Part shown: positions 1 through 11,999 of the stretch, piece by piece
How positions within the stretch are numbered: the stretch's first letter is position 1
Layout of the letters: every line of letters starts with the position of its first letter
Assembly: GCA_028023455.1 (NCBI GenBank)
Contig: JAQFVV010000008.1
Location: 7,378,001 to 7,442,000, forward strand
DNA length: 64,000 nt
From: Epiperipatus broadwayi
Taxonomy: Eukaryota > Animalia > Onychophora
Direction of reading: 5' to 3'
Program-made: the position numbers and the translations under genes
The notes under the pieces: generated by a model
Told to the model about the DNA's origin: nothing
Seen by the model: the letters and a program-made list of their open reading frames with translations, nothing else
Databases searched by the model: none

Positions 1-3000
1 CACACAAGCCCGGAGTTATATATCATTATTCAAGTTAGGTTAATGATTTAATTTGTAATTGTTTCTCCCTGATGATAGCGGAATGGGCATAAGAATGGAG
101 ATCTATGCGTGACTCGGATATGTTGTTGATTCGTTGTTAGATTCAAAAGATAGACAAATAGGGCAGAGTCCATAGTATTCTTGATTTTTATATTTCACGT
201 ATGATTGGTCTCGAGGTACTTTCATCTAGATTTCGAACCGGGTTAAACCACCATACACATTCAACTGGACAATATGAACCCTGGCAGCGTACTGCTCAAA
301 TCAGCCATTCAGAAAGGTCACTTCGGACAGATCTGGCTAGCTATCTTTCTAAACTTTGCCATTTGGTCTGTCAGATGAAAGGTTATATTTGAAAAAGGAA
401 ACAATTGTTCCATTAAAACCCTACCTAACATCAATGAAGATGAAAAGTGGACTCGTCAACCCTGGCTGGCTGATCAGACTTGGGGCCAGACCAGGTTTTA
501 GTTTGATTCACCTGCACCATGAAAGATCAAGCAATGCCATCTCAACATTCCTGCTGCTCCATCATCCAGTGCTGAATTATAACTCATATATAGTTATATA
601 TCTTTGTATTTATCTATTAATTTTTTCTTATTTGTAACCCTGACCGAACAGACTTGGAGCCAGACCTGATTTTAACTTGACCTTTCTGGGCCATACAAAT
701 ATAGTTACTCCCTCTTGTTGATCCTAATGCCTTGTCACCTGGCTTTAAAATGTAAAACTCTTATATATCTCAATTAATCATCATATTACTTATGTAATAC
801 ATTTAATCATTGTATATTCGTAATGTGAATAAATTTTGTTTTTGAAAGAAAGTAACAAATTACAATAATAAAATTCTACCAAATACAAAAATAAAAGGAA
901 TTAAAAGAAATAAAATAAATTAATCATAAAAACTAAAAATAAATCGGATATAATAAACTCACTAAATTAAAAGTGATTTAATTAAAAGACAATATTTATA
1001 TTTAATAAATTGTAAAGGATAAATTAACCATATAAAAAACCTAACCATTAAAAGTTCTAACATATGGAATCTTAAAAATTACAAAGACATTTAATTATGC
1101 AATAAATTATCATGACCAAATGTTAATACTTGATGCTAATAATGAATGTTCTTGCTTCTTACTTCTTAAAATATAACTTATTCTATCTTATACTTAAAAA
1201 TACATCTAAGAAAGATTCATTTAATTTCTGTTGAAATTATAAAATAATAAATATGATTGATATTCCAAATCCTTAAGATCTTTTTTCCCAATTTCTGAAG
1301 CTAGTTATTTTGAAGTAATTTCTAAATAAATGAAATTAGTCCATGTTTAATCTATTGTTTTAGATGATGCCATAAAATCACTCAAGACAAGATTCAGATG
1401 ATAATCTTATAGGCAATAAATTTGTATATTTCAAAATAATAGCTAGAATAACATACTTTCCTCATTTATTCCAAATAAACTTAAGTTAAAAATAGTTTCT
1501 CTTTTCCTAAAAAAAGTCAATATGCAGAAATGAATTTATATCATGTAAATCAAATAATGATTATTATTGTCAAATATTTTTGTTGAGTAAGCTAAGATAA
1601 AAGTATTCTATATTTTTATACTGCATTGCACAGATATTGTATAAATTGAGAAATTTTGCTAAGATTTATTAAAAAAAAACAACTAAATCAAATGGGTAAT
1701 ATTTCATAATAACCAGAAGTAAATGCCTAAATCTGAGCTAATTCAATAGGTGATTATCATATTTTCATAAACAAAATATGAATATTGTATTTAACTGATC
1801 TTTAATACCTAGAATAGTTTTAGGAAAACTAGAGATGATGCAAAATTTAATATAATATGCAGAGATTCCACAATATCGAATCTAATAAATGTTAGAAAAA
1901 ATGTGCATTAAATAAATATTATACTAAAATATTATTTCTAATCTTTAAAGTTTTTGTCATAATTAGTTTATAAGTAAGATGCTTGAATTTTTTTCATTAA
2001 AACTGAACATCATTTTTTGAAGATTTTAATAAAATTTATTTGAGGTAGTGCAGTTCTTTGTCATTATCTTCTTCTTCCATTTACATTAAGTTTCATGATA
2101 TTATACTATTTTAATTAATATGACAAAGCTTCATTTCTACTTGACGAAGACTGTAGACTCGAAATATGAGAAAAATATCAGCAAAAAATATTATTACAAA
2201 CAATAGTATAAATTTATCTTAAATTATATATTATTTCCTCTACTACAGGATTATCATAATTATTATCAGGAGAAACATATACTAATTTGGATGAGATTCA
2301 AGTTAAATTTCACATATTGTAGAATATAGTATAATAAAAATTTCCACGACATGAAATGCCCAAGAATATACATGTATATGACTACCAAGGGAGCAACTAT
2401 TAGTCCTATGACATTGATTTTGAATTAAATATATAATAGATTGATTAAAAAATGCTGCTAATGTTTGACAGTGTCCTTTCAAAAAAATATATTATAATGG
2501 TCGGAATGAGCTGAGAACAACAAAATCACCACTAGAGTAACAAACCACCACAATTCATTCCCACGCCATATAATACTTCATTTTGAGTTGGCGATCAGGG
2601 AGAAGGGGAAACTCTTGGAATTAGATTGTAACTATATTATTTCTCCGTGGAAAACAAGACACCCAATACAATGTATATATAAGATACAAACACTTTATTA
2701 GTGATACATTACAAACAAAAAATAAACAAAAGAAATGACTATCACTTAATTGGTTGCTAGACTCATTGGAGATAGTGGAAATCATATTAATTAGTGATTA
2801 TATATGTCAAAAGTTTCAATACACATATATATATAGAGAGATAAGGGATATTGGATATATCTATTTTCATCTTTGAGGCATATATCCCTCAAGCAGGTAC
2901 ATGATAATAAATGAAACAGGGCGAATTTAATTAACTCTAGAAAATATGGTTAAATAGATGACTGTGTAGCTCTCATGATCATGACCCATCAATGCTGAAA

Positions 3001-3329
3001 TATCAGGCTTCAATATAAATAAGGAAGAAAGACAGTATTGGGTTACTACAGTAATAAACAATCCAATAAAGGTAGACTGGAATATTCCCATCTGCGTGAG
3101 ACCATACCCAAGTCTCTATGAAATAAATGGATTATGGTAGAAAGGAATGAGAATCTTCCCCAAAAACAGAAATACATCTCACCAACAAGTCCTGAAAATC
3201 CAAATTAGCAATTTTAGTGTTTAACAGCTATTGAAATTTAGTACTTAGATTTTTCTAAAAAATGAATATCAATTTTCTTGTGAATATCATTGTAATAATA
3301 TTTATTTTTTAATATAACTACCATTTTAA

Positions 3330-4200
3330 TCTTAGAATATGTTGTCCAACAATCTAAACTTGTTGTAATGTGAACTTTTCTTGTATTTTGATTTCTAACT
3401 ATAATGTAATCTATTAATTGTCATTGTTTTGAACGCGAATGCATCCATGTTACTTTGTAACAATTTTTCTGTCTAAATAAAGGATTAGTGATAATAAATC
3501 CATGTGTTGTGCATAAATTCAATAATAGCAAACCATGTGAATTTACAATACCAATACTATTATTTCCAATAATGTTGTCCAAAGTCTAATTATTTGTGTC
3601 AAAACATACATTAAAGTTTTCAAGAGGAAAAAATTGTCTTTTAACAGTATTACTATCCAACAAGGAGTAAAAGCTTTCCTATTCTGAATTTTCTGAATCT
3701 AAGGTCAGAAAAGAGGTACTAATAAAATGAGCACTAATACCATTATGCAAGGTGAGTTTTAAAACCAATATCCTTTCATTGGCACAACTAAAAATATTAT
3801 AGAAGTTACTAAATTAAACTTTATAGCAAATCCAACAGCATGCATTCTACTTTTATTAACTGATCTGCCTATCCAAAAAACTTGTATCCATCCATTCTAT
3901 TCCTTCTTCTGGAAGACAAGTTTCATTAAGAGCAGCTATACTGATTTGAACTCTTGTAGTTCCTGAGCCTCAAGTGCAGTCTTGTATTGTGGTCTTGGAG
4001 TTTGTATCAAGTAAAGTCTGCACATTCCATGTATTTATATTTAAACAAAAAGATTTATAAGATTTACCCTTAGTACTACTATTATCTCTTGCTTTACCAT
4101 TACTTACTGATATTATTATTACTATTTTATTATTTACTGCAGAAATGAATAATCCACTAGGGATGACAACCTAGCCAGACTAGCCAGACTGGGCGAGCAG
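3330..4200 (-). mobile_element. Degenerate RTE-clade LINE, 5' part (APE endonuclease)
   Basis: Minus-strand translation with frameshifts: LNINTWNVQTLLD, AALNETCLPEEG, HAVGFAIK, NSHGLLLLNLC, KVTWMHSRSKQ*QLIDYIIVR. Confidence 0.85.
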
Positions 4201-4392
4201 TCATTTTTAGTCATTTTCTAAGTCCTTCCACTTCCATGTTGCACAGAAGAATCCTTAAATAGAACTGCTTAAACTTATATATTTATTCAAATAGTTTACA
4301 GTATTTGGCAATGTCTCTCATAGCTATAACATATAAATTATAGAAATAGATGAATTATAATCTTTTCTCAAACTCAACTATGCAAACAATTA

Positions 4393-4505
4393 GTCAAGCG
4401 CTGTTAGCCGAAAGGTCATCGCAGCAACCTTGCAAGCAAGTAGTTGGTTGCAGACGGGTGTGGGTTCGCATCCTGGCCAATGCTATGACATGGAAAAAAA
4501 AAAAA
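4393..4505 (+). mobile_element. tRNA-derived SINE with poly(A) tail and 17-bp TSD
   Basis: A-box-like TAGCCGAAAGG, B-box-like GGTTCGCATCC, A-tail; identical AACTATGCAAACAATTA at 4376-4392 and 4506-4522. Confidence 0.88.
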
Positions 4506-7019
4506 AACTATGCAAACAATTAAAAAATAAATTCAGTGTAACTAAAATTTTATAAATTTGTGTATGCTCTTTGTAAAAGCATCCTTAAAAACACAATTAA
4601 TACAGAAATAAAAATACTGATAATCAATCATTTTTTAAGTCAAATTTCAATTTCCTTTAAAACAAATTTCTTCAGCTAGATTATACCAGATATAGCATAT
4701 CAATAAGACTTTATTAAAATAAAAAAGCTCAGTAATGTCAAAAATTATAGACAATGACAAAAGAAAAAAGGAATTATGTAATAAGAAAGATTAAAGAATT
4801 ATGAGATATAATTTTGATGTGAAAAAAAAAAAAAATCATATACTTGGGAAGTGCTGAAAGAGATTGCAATATTTAAAAAAAAAGACCAAGTTTTCTAAAG
4901 ATAATTCCTAAATATGTCTTATATCTTTATTAAAAGATTATGACAACTAAAAATTTTGATTAAAATTTATTTAAAAAAAAATAGCACAATCATGTTGAAA
5001 GCATTATTAGTTTTTTTTTTTTAAATGCTGTCTGTAGAATTTCTGAAAAATGTTTTTGAGAAATAATATAAAAAAATATTATGAATAACTGCTTATGATT
5101 TTCAAGCATCTATGTGACGAGTATTTAGAAACTGAGTCAGAAATCCTTAGCTATTGAAGCTACTGTTGTGCTAAATCACACAGGCACTGAAAATAATGAG
5201 GATATTATTAGTATTATTGCTAATTGTAAATGTTAGAGATCTGGAATTATAAATTGAATGAAATAAAATTTTAAAAATGATAAGAATTATGATAAGAGTA
5301 AAAAATACCATTCTTTTGGATAGCAGAATAAAAAATCCCAAAATTTATAAAGAATTTTTAAAAAATTAGAATTCAATGATTAAAAGTATATTTAATCTCC
5401 TACCTGTTTTGAATATTTTTTTTTATTTACAACCTATCATCATATATATAAAAAACATTAAAGCAATTTGAAAAAAAAAAATCATATATCCTAATTTAAC
5501 TCCCGATAAAAAAAGATTAAATCATCAATGATGAATTGTGTGCTGATTATGAGTGAATACGTTTGACATTTTGCACTGTTATCTTTTAACTTTTTATGTA
5601 GCAAACTTTATTTTTTTTAAAACTTAAACAATTTGCATAGCTGTAACTCTTCACAATATTCTCTTTTTAATCCAATCTTTACAATGAAAGTAAGTGACAT
5701 TGTATTCTGCAGACTGCTTTTTGAGTTCTTTTTCCATAAAACCAAGCTCATATTTTTTTAGGAAATCTGTTCCTTCATATGCCATTTATAATAATAGATG
5801 CTATAGCATGCATACAACTAGCTAAAAAACCTATCTATTAATGCTATATTTTGGAATATTATTTAACATACTTAATCACTTACTACCAGATGCATTTTTG
5901 TATTCATTCTGATAGCAGTGCTATCACCTTTTATTTATCTTCCCTCTCTTGTGGCTAACTATAGTTTTCAGTTTTGTGTTTATTTAATGGCAAAAACTTA
6001 GAACTAAAATTTATATTATTAGTTTTAAAAAACCTGAAAATTCCAGTATTTACAGAGAACCTAATGCAAAGATGCCAATTCTTTACTTTCAGATTTTGAA
6101 CCTGCCTGTGAAAGTATATTCAAGCATTTTTCTTTTGTTTCTTAGGAAAATAAAATATTTTCCAGTTTTTTAAATATTTAGGATTATTTTTGCAATACAT
6201 TTGTAAAATATTCATGATTCCAGTTAGATTCTATTTTTAAAAATTTGATTTTAAGAAGACAAATCAAATAAAACTGTAACTACATTAATACCGAAATTAT
6301 AATTTACTGAAAGAAAAATTCTTTCATAAATGCCACAGCAATTGTTTTTAGTGTTATTTTAAAAATTATAAGTTCAATTTTAAATTAGAATTTCATTATT
6401 TTGTGATGTTTTAACAATAATTAATTCTTATGAATTTTAGAATAAGTTCAAATAAAAAATATTTCATTATTTTTTTTTTTTAAACTGACAATACAGCAAT
6501 CATTCAATAAAAAAAAAGTTATTACTTTTGTTATGTATTTCAGTTTAGTACTTACTTTCTACATTTGCAGAGTTGAAATATTGTCTTTTAGAATATTTTT
6601 CATTGTAAATTTATATTTGTAATAAATAAGGTAAAGATGATCAAAATATAATATAAAGATTTAATTGTAAAAATAATGTTGCAAATATAATTAAATAGCC
6701 ACTAGATGTCAGAAGAGAGTTAATAGGCACTAGTAGTAAAAAAGTTAAATGATATTTTCCTAATGCCTTTACATTTTAAAAAGTCCATATTCACTTCCAC
6801 ACCATAAATTGGATAAAATGACAGCCCTATGATGAAATACTTAGCTTTTAATTTGTTAAACACAGCAGTTTTATACTGAATTTACATTGCTTTTCAACTT
6901 TTAACTCTGTCTTTTATCAAAAACAAAACAATTTTAAAATTAATTCACATTCTTAAGATAACTATTTAAACTAATATGTACTGAAAATTTTTCTTTCATT
7001 ATATTTATTTTACATTAAT

Positions 7020-7200
7020 TACTAAACCAAAGTCTTTATAGGACCCACTTAAACATTAAAAACATTTTCTAAAGTATCTTTTGAATTGGAAAGAATAGCA
7101 AAATCATCAGCATACTATAAATCTAGAAACCGAAAAGATGTTTTTGGTTCAATTAAAAACTATACTAACAAAACTGTATTGCAGTTTGATAACTGTTTCA
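7020..7200 (-). mobile_element. Small LINE reverse-transcriptase relic
   Basis: Minus-strand RFLDL*YADDFAILSNSKDTLENVF (YADD motif). Confidence 0.6.
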
Positions 7201-8008
7201 TAAAACTGCATGTAAATTATTCCAAACATTACCATAAAATGAAAACCAAATATAAAACTAATACAAATTCTTATTTGTCAGTTAAAATTTCAAATGTATT
7301 AGATTTTTTCATTTGTAATAATAATGCTTTCTCTCTCACCATTATTTAAAAGCTGCATAATATAATGAAAATTTGTCAGATAAGTTGATTTCAAACACTA
7401 CCACAAATGTTCAAACAAAATACTCTGATCAAATCAATAATATATAAATCATACATTTACTTTAGATACTTTTCTTGCATATGCTTAGCAAGAAAAATAA
7501 TATCTAGTGTTTTTTGAATTTCTAAAACCTTTCAGCTATAACTAGAAATAACATAATCAACAAAATCGTTGCAAATATTTTTGCTGCAGTGAATAATAAT
7601 GACATTCCATGATAACTATTGAACATTATTTTTGGAAGAGTTTAAGTACTATGTCACGAAATGCAATAAAGATTTAATAATGAAGTTTTTAATTTGGATG
7701 AATTACAAAATAAGAATTTCTAATTGGCTTTTGTCTCCTTAATTTTCATAAATTGCACTAACAAGGGTATCCTATTATGATCTAAGGGCCTATCTATCTA
7801 ATAAATTACAATAGTTTTGAAATTATTATATTTAATTTTTTTCTTCATTTAATCAGGACCTGCAGTATTCATTTTTAAGATTACAAATATGTTTTAACTT
7901 CATTAACTGGATAACCTTGTCCAAATCTAAATGAGTTAGGCAGAATAAATATATTATTAAATTCTTGTATCATTATTCACAAAGGGATCAAAATACCCCT
8001 TTACTTAC

Positions 8009-8045
8009 ACGTAGTATCGTTATCAGGTAAAATAATGTTATCCAT
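8009..8045 (-). CDS. Candidate first coding exon of a divergently transcribed gene (MDNIILPDNDTT, phase 1)
   Basis: Minus-strand ATG at 8045, 12 open codons, then a consensus GTAAGT donor at 8008, inside a CpG-retaining zone; no downstream exon identified. Confidence 0.4.
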
Positions 8046-8468
8046 GGAATTATTTTTCAGGTTCTCAAGTTATTTTCAATACATAAGAAAAGATTTAAAG
8101 TGATTTCGTTTATATGTTCTTTGCAGTTTTAATCCACCAACGACTTTTTAATCTTTTTCATTGAATTTATTATTCTGACAAGTGGAAAATATCACAGGTT
8201 TCCTTTTAATCAGATGGCTAATAATAGAAAACTTTTTTCTTGTATGTTTCAGGAGGGCAAAAAATAATTAATCGTTATAGACATATATTAAAAGAAAAAA
8301 ACACTTCTTGATAATTAAAATAATAGCACAAAACAGTGTTACATCACTATCCTAACTGATATTTACACATTGATAGAAAAATTGATAAATCCATTAACTA
8401 TTTATATAATGACACTAAATCACACTTTGAAATACGAATTAGACGAGATTTACTGGAGAGTGCGTAAA
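8046..8468. promoter_or_regulatory. Probable SRP72 promoter/5' UTR, possibly bidirectional
   Basis: Directly upstream of the SRP72 ATG; CpGs are retained from about 8010 to 8950 while the flanks are CpG-depleted. Confidence 0.5.
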
Positions 8469-8574
8469 ATGGCTGATACAACATTCACTCAGCAAAATAT
8501 TCAGTTATTTAATGATCTTAATCGTTTTGGACAGAATGGTGACTACGAACGAGCATTAAAAATAGCAAATAAAA
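8469..8574 (+). CDS. SRP72: SRP72 coding exon 1 (MADTTFTQQNIQLFNDLNRFGQNGDYERALKIANK)
   Basis: ATG at 8469; donor A|GTAAGT; peptide matches the SRP72 N-terminal TPR start; phase 1 joins exon 2 in frame. Confidence 0.93.
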
Positions 8575-9557
8575 GTAAGTTGGTCATCACATATTTATTA
8601 TTGTTGTGCAGTTTTTAATAATTGGCATATGTGATTTTTTTTTAAACGTGTATTTCTTTAATAGGTTGTACTATATTGAAATAGTAAGGCAACAGCTATT
8701 AGACACTTGTTTGTTTATTGCTATTATTACTAAATCTTAAAATAATTTTATCGCATTTATAGAAATATTTTATAGTTGGTATTTCGTAACGAATATCACA
8801 ATTAAACAAAGTTATGACTAATATATTTACATTAATATCTAATAATTAGAATTTGTTTATCTAATTAATGTATACAATATTTGTACAATAAATATCAAGA
8901 AAGCAATATGTATGTATCTAATTTAGGCACACGATATTTATAAATTGATCTCTTTTTTTCGTAAATGTTATTACCATCAACAATTTTTGTACAATTGAAA
9001 AATTTTATAAAATAATTCTGGATCGTAGTTGATTTTTATATAGTTTTAATTATTATTTTTTTAATATAATACCTAACTTTCAGTTATACTAGAAAGTGAT
9101 ATAATTGTATTAGTATGAAGCATAGAATCCTGAAGGATAGAATAGGATGGGATAGGTAGCAAACAAATATTTATGTCTTGGTAGATTTTAAATATCAGGA
9201 AATAAATGTTCGGATAGTGTAAATTAAATGATAATGGAAATTATTCAGGGTTTATGTTATTGGTTTTTTTTTTTAAGTATTCAACGAAAGAAATATGAAT
9301 AACAGTAATATTATTGATTATATAGTTGTAAGTATATATGTTCTCTCCCAAATTTCAAGTAGGATAATTAGGCAGAAGTGTAGTATGCTGATCAAACAGT
9401 TTTCAGAAACTGCAGTGCATCTAATATTCTCTGCATTTTTAATAAACAAGGCAAAACTCTCTCCATACAGTAGTGCCACCTTGTGCCAATCAGAGTAATC
9501 AATGGATGCCAGAAGGCTTGTGCATAAAATCCCTATCTAATGCCTACTCATCCAATA

Positions 9558-9600
9558 TCCCCAGACTAGTTTCTGACTTGTGGCCATCATCACTGAGGAG
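9558..9600 (-). ncRNA. Type I hammerhead motif, family 1, left arm (C3>G in core)
   Basis: Minus strand reads CTCCTCA-GTGATGA-TGGC CACAA GTCA-GAAAC-TA-GTC-TGGGG. Confidence 0.65.
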
Positions 9601-10292
9601 CCTTGGATCTGAGAGCACTGCACCTAGATCTTAGGATCTAATGCAACCCTCCAGCAACCACCACTTAGATCTTAGGATCTAATACAACCCTCCAGCAACC
9701 ACCATTTATCTCCACTTAACTACAAAACTATGAGAATGAAATTGAAAACACAATAATATTTTCAATCTAAGCTCAATAGCTTATATAGTCATATGGGTCT
9801 GAACTCAATTCAGTACCTATACATTTTGGTGGCCTTGGCTCTTTAACAACCATAGCCACCACTATCCTATTAGGCAGGATTGGTGTTAAACCACCAAACA
9901 TCATATGATCACTATCTCATACTAGCACATAACTGTTATTAAACAAGGCAAAACTCTCTCCATACAGTAGTGTCACCCTGTGCCAATCAGAGTAATCAAT
10001 GGATGCCAGAAGGATGAGATAGTGATCATGTAATGTTTGGTGGTTTAACACCAATTCTGCCTAATATGATAATGGTGGCTATGGTTGTTAAAGAGCCAAG
10101 GCCACCAAAATGTATGAGTACTGAATTGAGTTCAGACCCATATGACTATATAAGCTGTTGAGCTTAGATTGAAAATATTATTGTGTTTTCAATTTCATTC
10201 TCATAGTTTTGTAGTTAAATGGAGATAAAAGGTGGTTGCTGAAGGGTTGCATTAGATCCTAAGATCTAGGTGCAGTGCTCTCAGATCCAAGG

Positions 10293-10324
10293 CTCCTCAC
10301 TGATGACCAGAAACTAGTCTGGGA
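10293..10324 (+). ncRNA. Type I hammerhead motif, family 1, right arm (stem II mostly deleted)
   Basis: CTCCTCA-CTGATGA-CCA-GAAAC-TA-GTC-TGGGA. Confidence 0.6.
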
Positions 10325-11999
10325 ATTTTGGATGAGTAGGCATTAGATAGGGATTTTATGCACAAGCCTTCTGGCATCCATTGATTATCTGATTGGCACA
10401 GGGTGACACTACTGTATGGAAAGAGTTTTGCCTTGTTTAATAATAATTATGTGCTAGTATGAGATAGTAATCATGTGATATTTGGTGCATTTTTAATACT
10501 ATTATACACGTGACTATCTTGAATTTTGCAATCTAGATAGCTTCATTATGTTATTATTTGTTGACATTCATTAAATATAAAACTGTTATCTTTAAATTAT
10601 TATATTCAATAACAATTTTTTACTACAAATATTTTCTAAATATATTTGATAAGAAAAGATCTGTAACCTTTATTATAATTTAATATTTTATTGGCTTGTC
10701 TTTAATTGACCTGGCTTTTAATGGTTATAGTATTGATTAGACTTTTGGATTTGGTATATATTATTGTCAAATGGCTTCAGAATAAAGCATGTGCAAGTAA
10801 GTTGGTTTTCATAATGTTGATAAAAGTTTCAATCTTGAGAAGAATTAAAGGAATTCAAATTCTACCAGCAAATATAGATTATTCCAAAGTGACATACTAG
10901 TGGTTTATTGAAACCTATAAACTTTGAAGTTCCAGAAGTCTCTGATATCTGTATTTATTATTACTAGAACTAATTTTTGTCAAAAGTGAAATCATTATTG
11001 AGCATGGAGAGTTCTGATAATCTTTGTTTAAGAACAATTTTTTTTTTTTATAATGTTTTACAATGCTATACAACTTTTCTCTCTGAATAAAGTTAATATG
11101 CCTGTTGAGAAATTATTTTAGTGACTCCTTTTGAGCAATCAGTTGCCCATTAATCAGCTGGTTTTGAGATTATTTATGGAAATAGTCTTTCTTTTAACCA
11201 GAATTTTTGAAAGTGCTGAAATGATTGTCAGTAATTTTTTTTTGTAACTACTCTCTCCTGATAGGGAATAGATGATTGTTTATGTCACAGAACTTAACAA
11301 TCAAAGTTATGTTAAGATGGCTAATTAGTAAAAGGATTAACTGGCTAAGCAAAAAAGATCAATGTTTTATTTATGGCTAGCTGTTTTTATTGTTTAAAAT
11401 ATTTTGGATTTTGTCTTTTATGAAAATGGGGGGAGGGGGGAATTGGTGGCATTGTAAATATTTTTTCTAATTAATACTTTAAAGAGTTTAACATATACTA
11501 TTTTTTAAAAAGGAGAAGTACTTTTCCAATAAATCTTAATTTTTATTTTAAGCTGATTATTCTGCTTTTGCAAACATACTATAATCATTGTATTTTTGTC
11601 AGTGAATAAGGATAATATTTGATTAACTGTGTGAAAAGGGTAGAGATTTTTAAAAATGTAATTGGCATGTTTGTATTAAATATTTGGTGTGCTAAGAAAA
11701 TATTATTGTTAATTATGATTTGATTGAAAAACTTGTAAAACTTATAAATTTAAAACTATTTTTACATATAAAAAACTGTAGTTAAGATTCAGTTAGAAAT
11801 CAGAAAGGATGTTTGGGGGTTGATGGGGTGGTGGTGGTGTATTATAGTGAAAGATTGTAAAAATAACTCAACAGTGAAGGTGATGACATCTGGAGTAGAA
11901 GTAATATCACCATGATTAGCAGCTATTCATAAATGAATGTGATTAATATAAATCTAAAAGAAATATAAACACAGAATAAAAAAAGTTAAAAGTTTGCTT

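Larger units (their letters stand above)
9445..10485. mobile_element. Fold-back insertion of retrozyme-like family 1 (about 455-nt monomer with type I hammerhead motif), 13-bp TSD
   Basis: Left arm 9445-10013 and right arm 10014-10485 are reverse complements; both run past one monomer; TGCATTTTTAATA at 9432-9444 and 10486-10498. Confidence 0.85.

Noticed and set aside
201-637. ORFs 201-392 and 356-637; EVLSSRFRTGLNHHTH faintly resembles LINE C-terminal regions
   Set aside because: No CCHC or other convincing motif; similarity too weak to call
2135-2170. TTGACGA-AGACTGTAGACTC-GAAAT hammerhead-like string
   Set aside because: Core mutated, stem II does not pair well, no related flanking repeat
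2980-3210. Open stretch with NIPICVRPYP, reminiscent of Gypsy pre-RT
   Set aside because: Single short motif with no RT motifs following
5650-5785. 44-codon minus-strand ORF (MAYEGTDFLKKYELGF...)
   Set aside because: Below useful length, no splice support, only vague CENP-B-like similarity
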